DNA of 64,000 bases from Promethearchaeota archaeon (GCA_016839765.1 JAEOTP010000016.1:96001-160000), one strand, 5' to 3'; positions 27,677 through 37,814 are shown, numbered from the stretch's first letter. Notes: generated by a model from the sequence alone, not told the origin. Numbers and translations are program-made.

Positions 27677-29326
27677 ATGAAAAAAGGAAAAAAAATAATT
27701 GTTGTTTTAATTATCTTTGGGATTATTTTTGCAATAATTCCTTATATTATGATATCGGAACAAAAGGCAGTACAAAAAGAAAATGATCAAAAAAGAGGAG
27801 ATGTAAAAACCTCACAAATCTCGGAATTATGGAGCTACACGACGGGAGAGGGTGGGGTATATTCTTCTCCAGCCCTGGGTGATGTGGATGGTGATGGCAA
27901 ACTCGAAGCGATCGTGGGAAGCTATGATAAAAACCTGTATGCATTAAATGGTGAGGATGGAACTCTGTTATGGAGTTACAAAACGGGAAGTCATGTACAA
28001 GCTTCCCCTACGTTAGGTGATGTAGACAATGATGGTAAGCTTGAAGTAGTAATAGGAAGTTGGGATGAAAATGTGTATGCATTAAATGGCGAAGATGGGA
28101 GTGTGGTGTGGATTTACAAGACAGAGGGTCCAATATTTTCATGTGATGCGGTGTTAGGTGATATAGATAATGATTATAAGCTCGAAGTGATTGTGGGAAG
28201 CTGTGATAAAAAGGTGCATGCATTAAATGGTGAGGATGGAAGCTTATTATGGAGTTTTAAAGCGGAAGATATATTCTATGGCTCTTCTGCGGCGTTAGGT
28301 GACGTAGATAATGATGGTAAGCTCGAAGTGATTGTGGGAAGCTATGATAAAAAGATTTATGCTCTAAACGGCGAAGATGGGAGCATTTTATGGAATTATA
28401 TGACGGGACGTTCTGTGCACTCTTCTCCTGCTCTAGGTGATTTAGATGGTGACGATAAATTAGAAGTGATTGTGGGAAGCGATGATAAAAAGATTTATGC
28501 TCTAAACGGCGAAGATGGTAGTGATATATGGAGTTTTACGACAGAAGAAGGTGTTCATCAGTCTTCTCCGGCTTTAGGTGATATAGACAATGATGGCAAG
28601 CTCGAAGCGGTCGTTGGAAGCACTGATGGTAGGTTCCATGCGCTAAATGGCGAGGATGGGAGCATAGCATGGAGCTATAAGACTGCGAGGTTTGCGTTAT
28701 CTTCTCCTGCATTAGGTGATGTAGATGGAGATGGGAAACTCGAGGCAGTCGTGGGAACTTGGTATGAAGAACAGGTGCGTGCTTTAAACGGCGAGGATGG
28801 TAGTGAAACGTGGAGATATAATCCAGGCACAGGTCCTATATACTCTTCTGCTGCGTTAGGTGACATCGATAGTGATGGGCAGCTCGAAGTAGTCATAGGA
28901 AGTACTGGAAAGGCAGGAGTTCTTGGAAAAGTATATGCTTTAGATCCTCTTCCTTCGGGAGAAGAAATATGCTGGCAGGGTTTATCTGGAGATAGTTTCT
29001 TCTTTAGAAATAAAATAAAACCTATCGACCCGGTTTTACAAATTTTAAATGAAATCTCTGAAAAGATAAGTCAATTGGATGGGTTGATAAATAATAATTT
29101 AGAATCTTGGCGAAAATATATATGTAGAAAACTTATATGCGTTTCGCAATATCTAATTGATAAAATGATCGAAAAGCACGTAAATTTTGAACAAATTCGG
29201 TGTTATTATCTGGATGCTCTGCAACTAAATATATATTTGATAAAAAAGATTGCGAAAGATGAGGAAATTTCAAATATCTGTTCTGAGATTTTCATACTGA
29301 GCGACGAGGTAAAAGAATTAATTTAA
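27677..29326 (+). CDS. Membrane-anchored or secreted FG-GAP/PQQ-like repeat beta-propeller protein
   Basis: N-terminal TM; about 8 repeats of SSPALGDxDxDGKLEVxVGSxDxxxYALNGEDGSxxW; unrelated helical C-terminus. Confidence 0.85.
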   Translation: MKKGKKIIVVLIIFGIIFAIIPYIMISEQKAVQKENDQKRGDVKTSQISELWSYTTGEGGVYSSPALGDVDGDGKLEAIVGSYDKNLYALNGEDGTLLWSYKTGSHVQASPTLGDVDNDGKLEVVIGSWDENVYALNGEDGSVVWIYKTEGPIFSCDAVLGDIDNDYKLEVIVGSCDKKVHALNGEDGSLLWSFKAEDIFYGSSAALGDVDNDGKLEVIVGSYDKKIYALNGEDGSILWNYMTGRSVHSSPALGDLDGDDKLEVIVGSDDKKIYALNGEDGSDIWSFTTEEGVHQSSPALGDIDNDGKLEAVVGSTDGRFHALNGEDGSIAWSYKTARFALSSPALGDVDGDGKLEAVVGTWYEEQVRALNGEDGSETWRYNPGTGPIYSSAALGDIDSDGQLEVVIGSTGKAGVLGKVYALDPLPSGEEICWQGLSGDSFFFRNKIKPIDPVLQILNEISEKISQLDGLINNNLESWRKYICRKLICVSQYLIDKMIEKHVNFEQIRCYYLDALQLNIYLIKKIAKDEEISNICSEIFILSDEVKELI

Positions 29327-29590
29327 TAATAAACTTTATCTTTTTTTTTCTTTTTTTCTTATTTTTATTTATTTATTTAATCAATTTTTAAGCTATTTTA
29401 AATCAAAAAGATGCTGAAATATTCTACCTTTACTAAATAATACTTATAATATATTTTTTCTATTAGTTTTTGAATCATTCTTTTTATTAATTGAGATTAA
29501 ATGTGGATTTTTTGTTTCTCATGAAATTAGAGTAATACTTAAATAACGATTTGTGTTCTCTTTACATTATAGTATAAGGAGGTTAATAAT

Positions 29591-31027
29591 ATGTCTAAAA
29601 AGAAGGATACAGGAGAAAAGCAAGATTATATGAATTTAGACTGGTTAAAGCATCAGTATTATGTTTTAGGGAGAACAATTCAAGATATTGCCGATGATCA
29701 AAAAGTAAGTATGATAAGAATCAGAAAATGGCTCGACAAACTAGAGCCAATCAAGAAAAAAGTTTTACCAAAGGAAGAAGTGGTTATCGAAGAACCAATA
29801 GATATGATTTATTCTCCTTATTGTCCTTACTGTGGCAAGCATGTTAAATCTCATTGGAAAGTATGTGCCTATTGTGGTCAAAGAATTAGAGGAATGGAAT
29901 TGTATCCAATCAAGGAAGAAGCTTTACCGACGGAAGAAGAAGTTATCGAAGAACCAATCAAGGAAGAAGCTATACCAACGGAAGAAATATTTATCGAGGA
30001 GCCAATCAAGGAAGAAGCTTTACCAACGGAAGAAGAAGTTATCGAAGAACCAATCAAGGAAGAAGCCATACTAACGGAAGAAGTAGTTATCGAAGAACCA
30101 ATCAAGGAAGAAATTTTACCAGAAGCAGTAATTAAGGAAGAGCAAATTATTAGTATTCAACCTTTTAAAGGACATAAAAAGGGCGTGGCTTCGGTGGCAT
30201 TCTCTCCTAATGGTGAATATATTGTAAGTGGTTCGAAGGATAGAAACATAAAAATATGGGAGTTCTCCACGGGTAAACTCGTAAGAACGCTTGAAGGACA
30301 TGAAAAAGATATAAACTCTGTTGCCCTCTCTTTTGATGGACAGTATATAGTAAGTGGTTCGAACGATAATACTGTCAAAATATGGAATTTTTCCACAGGT
30401 GAGCTAATTCAAAATCTTAAAGGGCATACATGGTATGTTTCATCAGTAGCTATTTCTCCTGATGGCAAATATGTTATCAGTGGTTCATTTGATAAAAACA
30501 TTAGAATATGGGATTTAAAAACTGGTGATCTCGTGAATACACTTAAGGGGCATAGAAAGGAAGTGAGTTCAGTTACCATTTCTCCCAATGGTAAATATTT
30601 GATAAGCGGATCGAATGACAAAACTATAATAATCTGGGAATTTAATAGTGGTGAGATAATTAGGACAATAGATGGTCATAAAAAACACATTACTTCAGTC
30701 GTGGTGTCTTCTGACGGAGAATATATTGTTAGTGGTTCAAATGATAAATCCGTAAAGGTGTGGGAAATTACTACCGGAAGATACGTTAGATTGCTCGAAG
30801 GGAATACTTGGTGGGTTTTATCTGTAGCCGTTTCTCCTGATTGTAATCATGTCATCAGTAGTTCATTAGATGGAAAAGTTAAAATATGGGATTTAAAAAC
30901 TGGTGAACTCGTCAGAACAATCGAAGGGCATAGAAAAGAAGTAAATTCAATTACCATCTCTCCCGATTGTAAATATATTGCTAGTGGATCCAATGATAAG
31001 ACGATAAAAATTTGGAGCTTTAATTAG
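29591..31027 (+). CDS. Mosaic protein: HTH-like module + zinc ribbon + acidic 16-aa repeats + 7-blade WD40
   Basis: WLKHQYY..RTIQDIA..WL; CPYC..CAYC; PIKEEALPTEEEVIEE repeats; GH..V.SVA.SP.G.Y..SGS.D..IKIW repeats. Confidence 0.9.
   Translation: MSKKKDTGEKQDYMNLDWLKHQYYVLGRTIQDIADDQKVSMIRIRKWLDKLEPIKKKVLPKEEVVIEEPIDMIYSPYCPYCGKHVKSHWKVCAYCGQRIRGMELYPIKEEALPTEEEVIEEPIKEEAIPTEEIFIEEPIKEEALPTEEEVIEEPIKEEAILTEEVVIEEPIKEEILPEAVIKEEQIISIQPFKGHKKGVASVAFSPNGEYIVSGSKDRNIKIWEFSTGKLVRTLEGHEKDINSVALSFDGQYIVSGSNDNTVKIWNFSTGELIQNLKGHTWYVSSVAISPDGKYVISGSFDKNIRIWDLKTGDLVNTLKGHRKEVSSVTISPNGKYLISGSNDKTIIIWEFNSGEIIRTIDGHKKHITSVVVSSDGEYIVSGSNDKSVKVWEITTGRYVRLLEGNTWWVLSVAVSPDCNHVISSSLDGKVKIWDLKTGELVRTIEGHRKEVNSITISPDCKYIASGSNDKTIKIWSFN
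29906..30115 (+). repeat. 48-nt in-frame tandem repeat (about 4.4 copies, plus an isolated copy at 29747-29794)
   Basis: Unit ccaatcaaggaagaagctttacc(g/a)acggaagaagaagttatcgaagaa starts at 29906, 29954, 30002, 30050 and 30098. Confidence 0.9.
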
Positions 31028-31238
31028 AAGCAGAATAACGAACTCAAAAAGATACTGATGTCTTGAAATTCACTTTTTCTTTTTGATTATCTATATTAGA
31101 AAGATTAAAAACAAAACTCTTTCTGAGCGTTAGAATTTAGTATGAGCAGATTAGTTTAGTCATAACATTATAGTAATCTTTAAATAAGGATTTGCGTTCT
31201 ATTTAAATTATAATCTATAGATTTTTGGTGAAACTTAA

Positions 31239-31340
31239 ATGAATAGAATATATAGAATAATAGGGATTGTCTTAGTATTAATTGTAATTGTTGTGCTTAT
31301 ATTTGGGATTATAGCGTTTAATTTTCCCGCATCTAATTAG
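31239..31340 (+). CDS. 33-aa single-TM small protein (absent from the ORF track)
   Basis: GGTGA SD at 31227-31231. MNRIYRIIGIVLVLIVIVVLIFGIIAFNFPASN*. Confidence 0.6.
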   Translation: MNRIYRIIGIVLVLIVIVVLIFGIIAFNFPASN

Positions 31341-31494
31341 ATGTCAAAAAAGAGAGATTAAAAGAATTAGGTATATAAGTAATTCCGTGATATTCTCAAA
31401 TTTTCAACAAATTTTCTTTGATTCTATTTTAATTAGAGAAATTAAATTTGATTATCATAAACTTTAATGGTATCATATCATTTTTTAAAAAAAG

Positions 31495-32298
31495 ATGAGA
31501 TTTATAGATTTATCAATTCCAATCATCGATTATGATGAAGCAATATATGATCCTGCTCCTTATGCTCCACATATTACGTATAAAGATCATAAAAGAGGGG
31601 GTTTAGAAATGGGAATATTATATCCCAGACTAAAACCAGAAAAATATCTTCCTGAGGGTGGAGCTTGGGCTGCTGAAGATATCACTTTATCCACTCATAG
31701 TGGAACACATATGGATGCACCTTGGCATTATGCGCCGACTCAGGATAAGGAAATTAGAGAAAAAAAAGCAATGACAATTGATGAATTTCCATTAGAGTGG
31801 GGTATGGGTGCCTTGATAGTTTTAGATGTTACTGATTTAGAAGAAGGTTATATAATGAAACCCGATGACATTGACAAGAAGTTAGAAGAAATTAGCCATA
31901 AATTAAAGGAAGGTGATATTTTATGCATTCACACTACAGCGCCTAAATTTGCGGGCACTAATGAGTATTATCAGCATGGTGTTGGAGTAGGAAGAGAGGC
32001 AACACTTCATATTATTAGGCAGGGTGTTCATGTGGTTGGGACAGATGCTTGGACTTGGGATGCTCCTTTCATTTATACTGCTAAAAGATGGAAGGCTTCA
32101 CTGAAAGCGAAAGATCCAAATCCATCAATTATATGGGAAGGACATTTTGCTGGAAGGGAATTAGGATATTTTCAAATGGAAAAATTATGGAATTTGGATA
32201 AAGTTCCTGCGGTGGGTGCGACGATTTATTGCTTTCCAGTAAAAATTGCCAGGGCAAGTGCTGCTTGGGTACGAGCGGTGGCAACAATACCAGAATAA
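31495..32298 (+). CDS. Cyclase-family metal hydrolase (kynurenine formamidase-like)
   Basis: HSGTHMDAPWH, VGTDAW, MEKL, VRAVA. Confidence 0.9.
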   Translation: MRFIDLSIPIIDYDEAIYDPAPYAPHITYKDHKRGGLEMGILYPRLKPEKYLPEGGAWAAEDITLSTHSGTHMDAPWHYAPTQDKEIREKKAMTIDEFPLEWGMGALIVLDVTDLEEGYIMKPDDIDKKLEEISHKLKEGDILCIHTTAPKFAGTNEYYQHGVGVGREATLHIIRQGVHVVGTDAWTWDAPFIYTAKRWKASLKAKDPNPSIIWEGHFAGRELGYFQMEKLWNLDKVPAVGATIYCFPVKIARASAAWVRAVATIPE

Positions 32299-32327
32299 AA
32301 TAAGAAAAATAAAAATTTATTTTTTGA

Positions 32328-34568
32328 TTATTCTTGAAAGATTTCCTCAACCATAGAATGGTCCTCTTTGAAATGGACTAAAGCTCCACTCCAATCTTCT
32401 AGAACAGTCTTATATTTTAATTCAAATCTTTCAACAAATTCTCTCAATTTTGCTCTTATTTCGGAAGTTTGTTTCCCTTTTATGAATAATGCCCCAAATA
32501 TTCGTTTGCCATACTCAAGTACTATTGTAATATCTCCGTGATCAATAGTCTTCAGTAAATCTTGGGATTTAGTTGTCTCTTTTATGAAAGAGGTTATAGC
32601 TGAAACCATACCTGAAACCAATCCAGCATCATGAACAACTTCTCTTACAAAACTATAATCGAAAACTCCTCTTCCATCATCGTAAATAATATAGAGTCCT
32701 TGTTTTTCAACTCTTTCAAATACATAACTAAATTCGGGTTTTAAAATATCGATAAAATCATTGCTAAAAAGATATTTAAGAGTAAAATAAAACCTCTGTT
32801 TTTCTTTTTCTTCAAATGGAATAAGCTCCTTAAGAAGCTTATCCTGTTCAAGAGAATTGAGTAAAGACTGTACTTCCTCCCTTTCTGATCTAACAGCATC
32901 CTGAGTTATATTTTCACTTTTGCTTATTAAATATTGAATGTCTCCTTTTTTATAGTCATCTATTGTGATGAAATCAGTAATTGAAGAGAAAATGAGTTTC
33001 TCTAAATGTTTATCATCAACTTTTAAGTTTTTGGTCTTGAACTCTTTCCGTAGATAATGTATAATTAGGCCCCAAATGATTATATTAAAAATATATCGCG
33101 TATATGTATATGGAACCGCTAAGATAAAGAAAAAAACTCCACGTAAATCTGCCTCTAAACCTGCTGTTCTTAAGGTATAAAAATTAAAGCCAAATATTGT
33201 TGTATAACTAGTTTGTCCAGTTATCCAATACGTGTCTGGACTCAAATAAATTAAAGCATATAATTCTAAACTAACAAATAAAGCTGAAAGAAATATTAGG
33301 ACGGGAAGATAAGAGACAATTGCTGTTAATATACTTCTCATATACTTAAAACACAAAACTAAAAAGAAGGCCGCTAGAGCAAGAGAAGCAATGACTAAAG
33401 TAATGAATGAAAAAATATTCATGACATCAAATCCAAGAGAGTTTCCCAGAGTTACACTTGGTGCAATAAATTTAGCTGAATCTTGTATAATCTGGTAATT
33501 TGGGAAGATAAAACGATAAACTGGATAAAATAATACATAATTTAGGACAAAGTATATGAAAAAAGCTAAACAGGCAAAAACGATTCCATAATAGAAATTT
33601 TTTGTATCAAATGCTTTTTTTTTCTGTTTCCTATGTTTCCACCAATCAATTATTTTTATAAATATAAGTATGGATATCGGCTCAAAAATCTTCAAAAACA
33701 GAACGAAAATGACAGACGCCATAATAAAATATGCGAAGAAGTAAATGATTATTGTTATAGACTCTGTTGTTCCTTTTTGAATCGCATCAACTATGAATAA
33801 AATGATTGATAAAACTGAAATTGGAGCACCTACAGTATATAAGCTTTTATATGTTTGAGTTCTTATAGATTCTCCGAAGTATCTTCCTTTTAATGCGATT
33901 TGTGAGCTAAATAGCAGTTCAATACTAAATATAAAAGTAGCAAGATATACAAATAAGATTTCAAGAAACCAGCCTAGAGCGGTTTCACCACCAGTTAACG
34001 AAACGGTCTCCAGATTTGTAATACTAAGTATTAATTGTAGAAGAAATAATGATATTGGTAATAAAACAATGAGTAACTTTAAAATTTCTTTTTCTCTGCT
34101 CCAATCACTTTTCTTTAGCTCATCTCTAATTCGGTTATAAGGGCTCTCCGTTAATTGATAAGTTAATGCTTCCAGAGATTCCTTTGTGGGTGATTTCTCT
34201 TTTCTTAAACGATTCCAAACCAGTATTATAGAAATAAAGGGAGCTACAAGAAATATAAAAGGCAATGTAACCAGAGGGTACGAGCCAAACAATGAGATCA
34301 ATGATAAAAAGTGAGAAACTATATACCCTACTCCCAAAGCCGTGTTTCCTTCTTCTCCGGATTGGAGTTCAAGTTCTATTGGTGCCGTTTCTAGTTGAAA
34401 GACTATAGGTAAAACCCAGTAGACAATATAGAACACAATTATTCCAAGTAAAATTCGACCATACAATTTCCCTATTATCTTCTTTTTTATAAAGAAATAA
34501 GGGATAGATATTACAAGGATAGGGATGATATTCAATAAAATTGTAAATACAATTTCAATGGCACTCAT
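32328..34568 (-). CDS. Large polytopic membrane protein with a C-terminal cytoplasmic longin-like domain
   Basis: More than 12 TM helices, then GLYIIYDDGRGVF...LVSGMVSAITSFIKE...IDHGDITIVLEYG...FE.KY..VLEDWSG. Confidence 0.75.
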   Translation of the reverse strand: MSAIEIVFTILLNIIPILVISIPYFFIKKKIIGKLYGRILLGIIVFYIVYWVLPIVFQLETAPIELELQSGEEGNTALGVGYIVSHFLSLISLFGSYPLVTLPFIFLVAPFISIILVWNRLRKEKSPTKESLEALTYQLTESPYNRIRDELKKSDWSREKEILKLLIVLLPISLFLLQLILSITNLETVSLTGGETALGWFLEILFVYLATFIFSIELLFSSQIALKGRYFGESIRTQTYKSLYTVGAPISVLSIILFIVDAIQKGTTESITIIIYFFAYFIMASVIFVLFLKIFEPISILIFIKIIDWWKHRKQKKKAFDTKNFYYGIVFACLAFFIYFVLNYVLFYPVYRFIFPNYQIIQDSAKFIAPSVTLGNSLGFDVMNIFSFITLVIASLALAAFFLVLCFKYMRSILTAIVSYLPVLIFLSALFVSLELYALIYLSPDTYWITGQTSYTTIFGFNFYTLRTAGLEADLRGVFFFILAVPYTYTRYIFNIIIWGLIIHYLRKEFKTKNLKVDDKHLEKLIFSSITDFITIDDYKKGDIQYLISKSENITQDAVRSEREEVQSLLNSLEQDKLLKELIPFEEKEKQRFYFTLKYLFSNDFIDILKPEFSYVFERVEKQGLYIIYDDGRGVFDYSFVREVVHDAGLVSGMVSAITSFIKETTKSQDLLKTIDHGDITIVLEYGKRIFGALFIKGKQTSEIRAKLREFVERFELKYKTVLEDWSGALVHFKEDHSMVEEIFQE

Positions 34569-34666
34569 CTTAAATACTCTAGTTTTTTTAATTAAAATTA
34601 AGTTATTTTTAAATTAATTTAAGCAATTTTTCATATATTATTTTAGGTATTTTTTAAAATCTAAGA

Positions 34667-35776
34667 TTGAATATTATGAAGATGAATAAAAAATTAGGGA
34701 TTGTTGTTCATGAGGATTTCGCGTTAAAGCATATATCACCTTATCCAAAACCTGCATTTATATCCTTTGAAAGTCCATTAAGAATTAAATCTGTAATTGA
34801 ATATTTAAATAAAAAGAAATTTTTTGATGATAATCGTATCATTAAGATAGTACCAGAATCTATTGATGACAATGTCCTTCTTTTAGCTCACTCACAATAC
34901 CATATTGATTCAATAAAAAAAATTTCAAATATGGGTGGTGGTTTATTAGACGAGGATGTTTTTGTCTGTGATGATACCTTTGAATTAGCCAAAAAAGCGG
35001 TAGGTGGAGCTATCCAAGCACTTAAGAGTATTATTAATAAACAAGTCAATTATTCCTTTGCTTTCATAAGACCGCCAGGACATCACGCTTTCAGAGAAAA
35101 AGCATCTGGGCTATGCATTTTCAATAACATTGCAGCTTCAATTCTATATTTAAGAAAAAGATTGAATTATGAAAGAAAAATAGCTATAATTGACATTGAT
35201 AACCATTTTGGGGACGGATTGGCCCAATATTTTTATGATGATCCAACAGTACTTTATTTTTCAGTCCATGAATTTGATTTTTCTCAAGCAGATTTAGGAT
35301 TTTTAGATGAACTTGGTACTGGAAAAGGATTAGGTAAAAATATTAACTTTCCTATTCCTGAAAATTTGAGTGATGATCAATTTTTGGAGATTTTAGGCTT
35401 TCTTATTCCTATTTTGAAAGAATATGATCCAGATTTAATTATAGTTGCTGCTGGATTTGATATGTATTTTGCTGACCCTATAGGTAATTGTTGCTTAACT
35501 ACTACGGGATATTATAATTTCACAAAGGATCTTATGAATGTAGCAGAAGAAATTTGTGATGGAAAAATATCTTTCATATTGGAAGGAGGTTATAGTATAA
35601 TAGGTTTACAATTTTGTGCCGATGCGATATTATCAGCACTTCTGGATAAAGAATTTGAAGCACCTGAATTTGAACAAGATTTTTTTTCAATTGGAATAAA
35701 CATTGAAGAATTTAATAAGATTAGGGAAACACTAAAATCACAATTGAGTCCATTTTGGAATTGCTTAAAAATATAA
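34667..35776 (+). CDS. Histone deacetylase / acetoin-utilisation family Zn deacetylase
   Basis: RPPGHHA, GLCIFNN, DIDNHFGDG, AGFD, LEGGY. Confidence 0.93.
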   Translation: MNIMKMNKKLGIVVHEDFALKHISPYPKPAFISFESPLRIKSVIEYLNKKKFFDDNRIIKIVPESIDDNVLLLAHSQYHIDSIKKISNMGGGLLDEDVFVCDDTFELAKKAVGGAIQALKSIINKQVNYSFAFIRPPGHHAFREKASGLCIFNNIAASILYLRKRLNYERKIAIIDIDNHFGDGLAQYFYDDPTVLYFSVHEFDFSQADLGFLDELGTGKGLGKNINFPIPENLSDDQFLEILGFLIPILKEYDPDLIIVAAGFDMYFADPIGNCCLTTTGYYNFTKDLMNVAEEICDGKISFILEGGYSIIGLQFCADAILSALLDKEFEAPEFEQDFFSIGINIEEFNKIRETLKSQLSPFWNCLKI

Positions 35777-35809
35777 AATTTTTTCTTATTAGAAAAAAGT
35801 TTAAAAAAA

Positions 35810-36214
35810 TTAAACTAAATCTTGAAGTTTTTGAGCAAAGCTCTGAATAGAGAATAGAGCATCTCTAGGTGTAATTTGGGGATTTATATAACAAATTAAT
35901 GCTCCTGTGCCACCTATAGGAATAGGTGCTATAATTATATGCCCTTGACCTTTGATATTAGTACCTATTTTACGTTCTTCAGTATTTTCGACAATCATAT
36001 ATTTAATACCTTGTATTGAGATACTTGTCATACCCTTTTGACCCAATTCTAATTTAGTTTGAAGCAATTCATTTATTTTGCTAAGATCTTGAGTTATATC
36101 CCAATTTTGAGTCTGGGTGATTAAATTTCCTGATTTACCAACAACAGCTGTCCCAAAAACGTTCTGTTCTTCATTTAATAAATCGTTTATAATCGATTCT
36201 ATTTCAGATGACAT
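35810..36214 (-). CDS. Profilin (Loki-type actin regulator)
   Basis: TQTQNWDI and SISIQGIKYMIVENTEERKIGTN..G.GH...PIPIGG closely resemble characterised Lokiarchaeal profilins. Confidence 0.9.
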   Translation of the reverse strand: MSSEIESIINDLLNEEQNVFGTAVVGKSGNLITQTQNWDITQDLSKINELLQTKLELGQKGMTSISIQGIKYMIVENTEERKIGTNIKGQGHIIIAPIPIGGTGALICYINPQITPRDALFSIQSFAQKLQDLV

Positions 36215-36302
36215 TTTTCACTAAACTTTTAATTATAATTTTATTATATAACTATACAAACAATTCATATAAAAAATTAATTTTTATAAATCGGTGAATT
36301 AA

Positions 36303-36866
36303 TTGGCATTCAGATTGTTTAAAAAAGCAGTTGTAATGGTTTTACGTGAAAAAAAGCAATTTACCGTATTTTGTCTGATGTACACTGTTTTAATCTTTTG
36401 GACAAGTTTTTCAATTGAATTAATAATTGAAAGTGGTGGCTTAGGGATGGCTTCAGCATCATTTTTTATAGCTTTAGGAGTTGGAATATTCTTATCCCTC
36501 CTTTATGGGTGGATAATAGTGAGAAGAAACTCAAAAATTATAGCTACCCTTAAATGCATAGGTTGGACGAATGGAGATATAAATTCTCTCGTTTCTGGAT
36601 TTATTTTGTTTACCACAATTTTAGGTTTTATATTAGTTATTGAGGTTTTATTTCATTATGCAGCTATTGTTGGATATTTAGAAGCGGCAGCAGCAGCATT
36701 AAATGGAAGTACATATGATATTGCAGAATTACCGTTGGTCAGTTTATTACCAGTTGTAGTCACATTTATTATATTCTTATCATTCCAAATTATTGCGATA
36801 TTATTAGCTAATAGGAAGATATTAAAAGTTAGACCTATAATCGCATTAAAAAGAGTAGGTGAATAA
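36303..36866 (+). CDS. Minimal FtsX/MacB-type ABC permease
   Basis: RNSKIIATLKCIGWT motif and C-terminal KILKVRPIIALK; 4 TM helices with no large extracellular domain. Confidence 0.8.
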   Translation: MAFRLFKKAVVMVLREKKQFTVFCLMYTVLIFWTSFSIELIIESGGLGMASASFFIALGVGIFLSLLYGWIIVRRNSKIIATLKCIGWTNGDINSLVSGFILFTTILGFILVIEVLFHYAAIVGYLEAAAAALNGSTYDIAELPLVSLLPVVVTFIIFLSFQIIAILLANRKILKVRPIIALKRVGE

Positions 36867-36880
36867 TGAGGTGATAAAAA

Positions 36881-37573
36881 ATTCCAGTAGATAAAGATAC
36901 CATGATTGAAGCTATTGATCTAAATAAAGAATACCGTAGAGCTGGTGCAATTATTCGAGCCCTGGCAGATGTCAATTTGACAATTAAATCAGGAGAGTTT
37001 GTAATTGTGCAAGGTCCAACCGGATGTGGAAAATCTACGCTTTTAAACGTTCTTTCAGGTTTAGATCTCCCCGATAGTGGAAGAATTATTTTTGATGGAG
37101 AAAATATTGCTCGCGCAACCGAAGACAGACTTAGTAAAATAAGAAGACAAAAGGTTGGTTTTGTTTTTCAAGACTTTAATCTTGTACCTACATTAACAGC
37201 TGTAGAAAATGTTATGGCGCTTTTATGGCCTACTGTTTTACGTGAAAAAGAAATTGAAAACCGTGCCATAGCTGCTCTTAGAGATGTACATTTGCTCGAA
37301 AGGAAGGATCACTACCCCGTACAATTATCAGGGGGTGAAAAGCAAAGATGTGGACTTGCTCGAGCTATTGTGCACCGCCCAAGAGTTATACTTGCAGATG
37401 AGCCAACAGGTAATTTAGATCCAGAATCAGAAAAGCAAGTTATGGATTTATTGAAACAAATTAATAAAGACATGGAAACAACCATAATTGTCGTTACACA
37501 TCGAGCATCATTAAACTCATACGCAGACAAAGTCGTACAAATGGAGAAAGGTGCAATAATTAAGATTCAATAA
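36881..37573 (+). CDS. ABC transporter ATP-binding protein (LolD/MacB-like). Probable ATT start at 36881; first ATG at 36902.
   Basis: GPTGCGKS, LSGGEKQR, ILADEPTGNLD, VTH. GAGGTGA lies 6 nt upstream of the ATT. Confidence 0.9.
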   Translation: MPVDKDTMIEAIDLNKEYRRAGAIIRALADVNLTIKSGEFVIVQGPTGCGKSTLLNVLSGLDLPDSGRIIFDGENIARATEDRLSKIRRQKVGFVFQDFNLVPTLTAVENVMALLWPTVLREKEIENRAIAALRDVHLLERKDHYPVQLSGGEKQRCGLARAIVHRPRVILADEPTGNLDPESEKQVMDLLKQINKDMETTIIVVTHRASLNSYADKVVQMEKGAIIKIQ

Positions 37574-37814
37574 CATTTAGTATATTCAAAATTTAGTTTA
37601 TTTTCAAATTTTTCTATTTTTTAATAAGATACCTAAACTACAATTTTAACCCTTTATATTAACATATAAAGATTGGACTAAAACAAAATTATAAATATAA
37701 AAATCGTGTTTGAATTAGTAAGTAAATATCAATTGTTTTCAATATAACTTTTTATTGAGGATATTCTCATGGGATTCAACGTAAAAATTCTTTATCTTAA
37801 GGAGTTGATTTAAA

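Noticed and set aside
27830-28950. CRISPR array or diversity-generating retroelement repeats
   Set aside because: These are degenerate protein-coding propeller repeats. There is no reverse transcriptase and no adenine-specific variation.
29906-30115. CRISPR-like array
   Set aside because: The units are contiguous, in-frame 48-nt coding repeats with no unique spacers and no cas genes.
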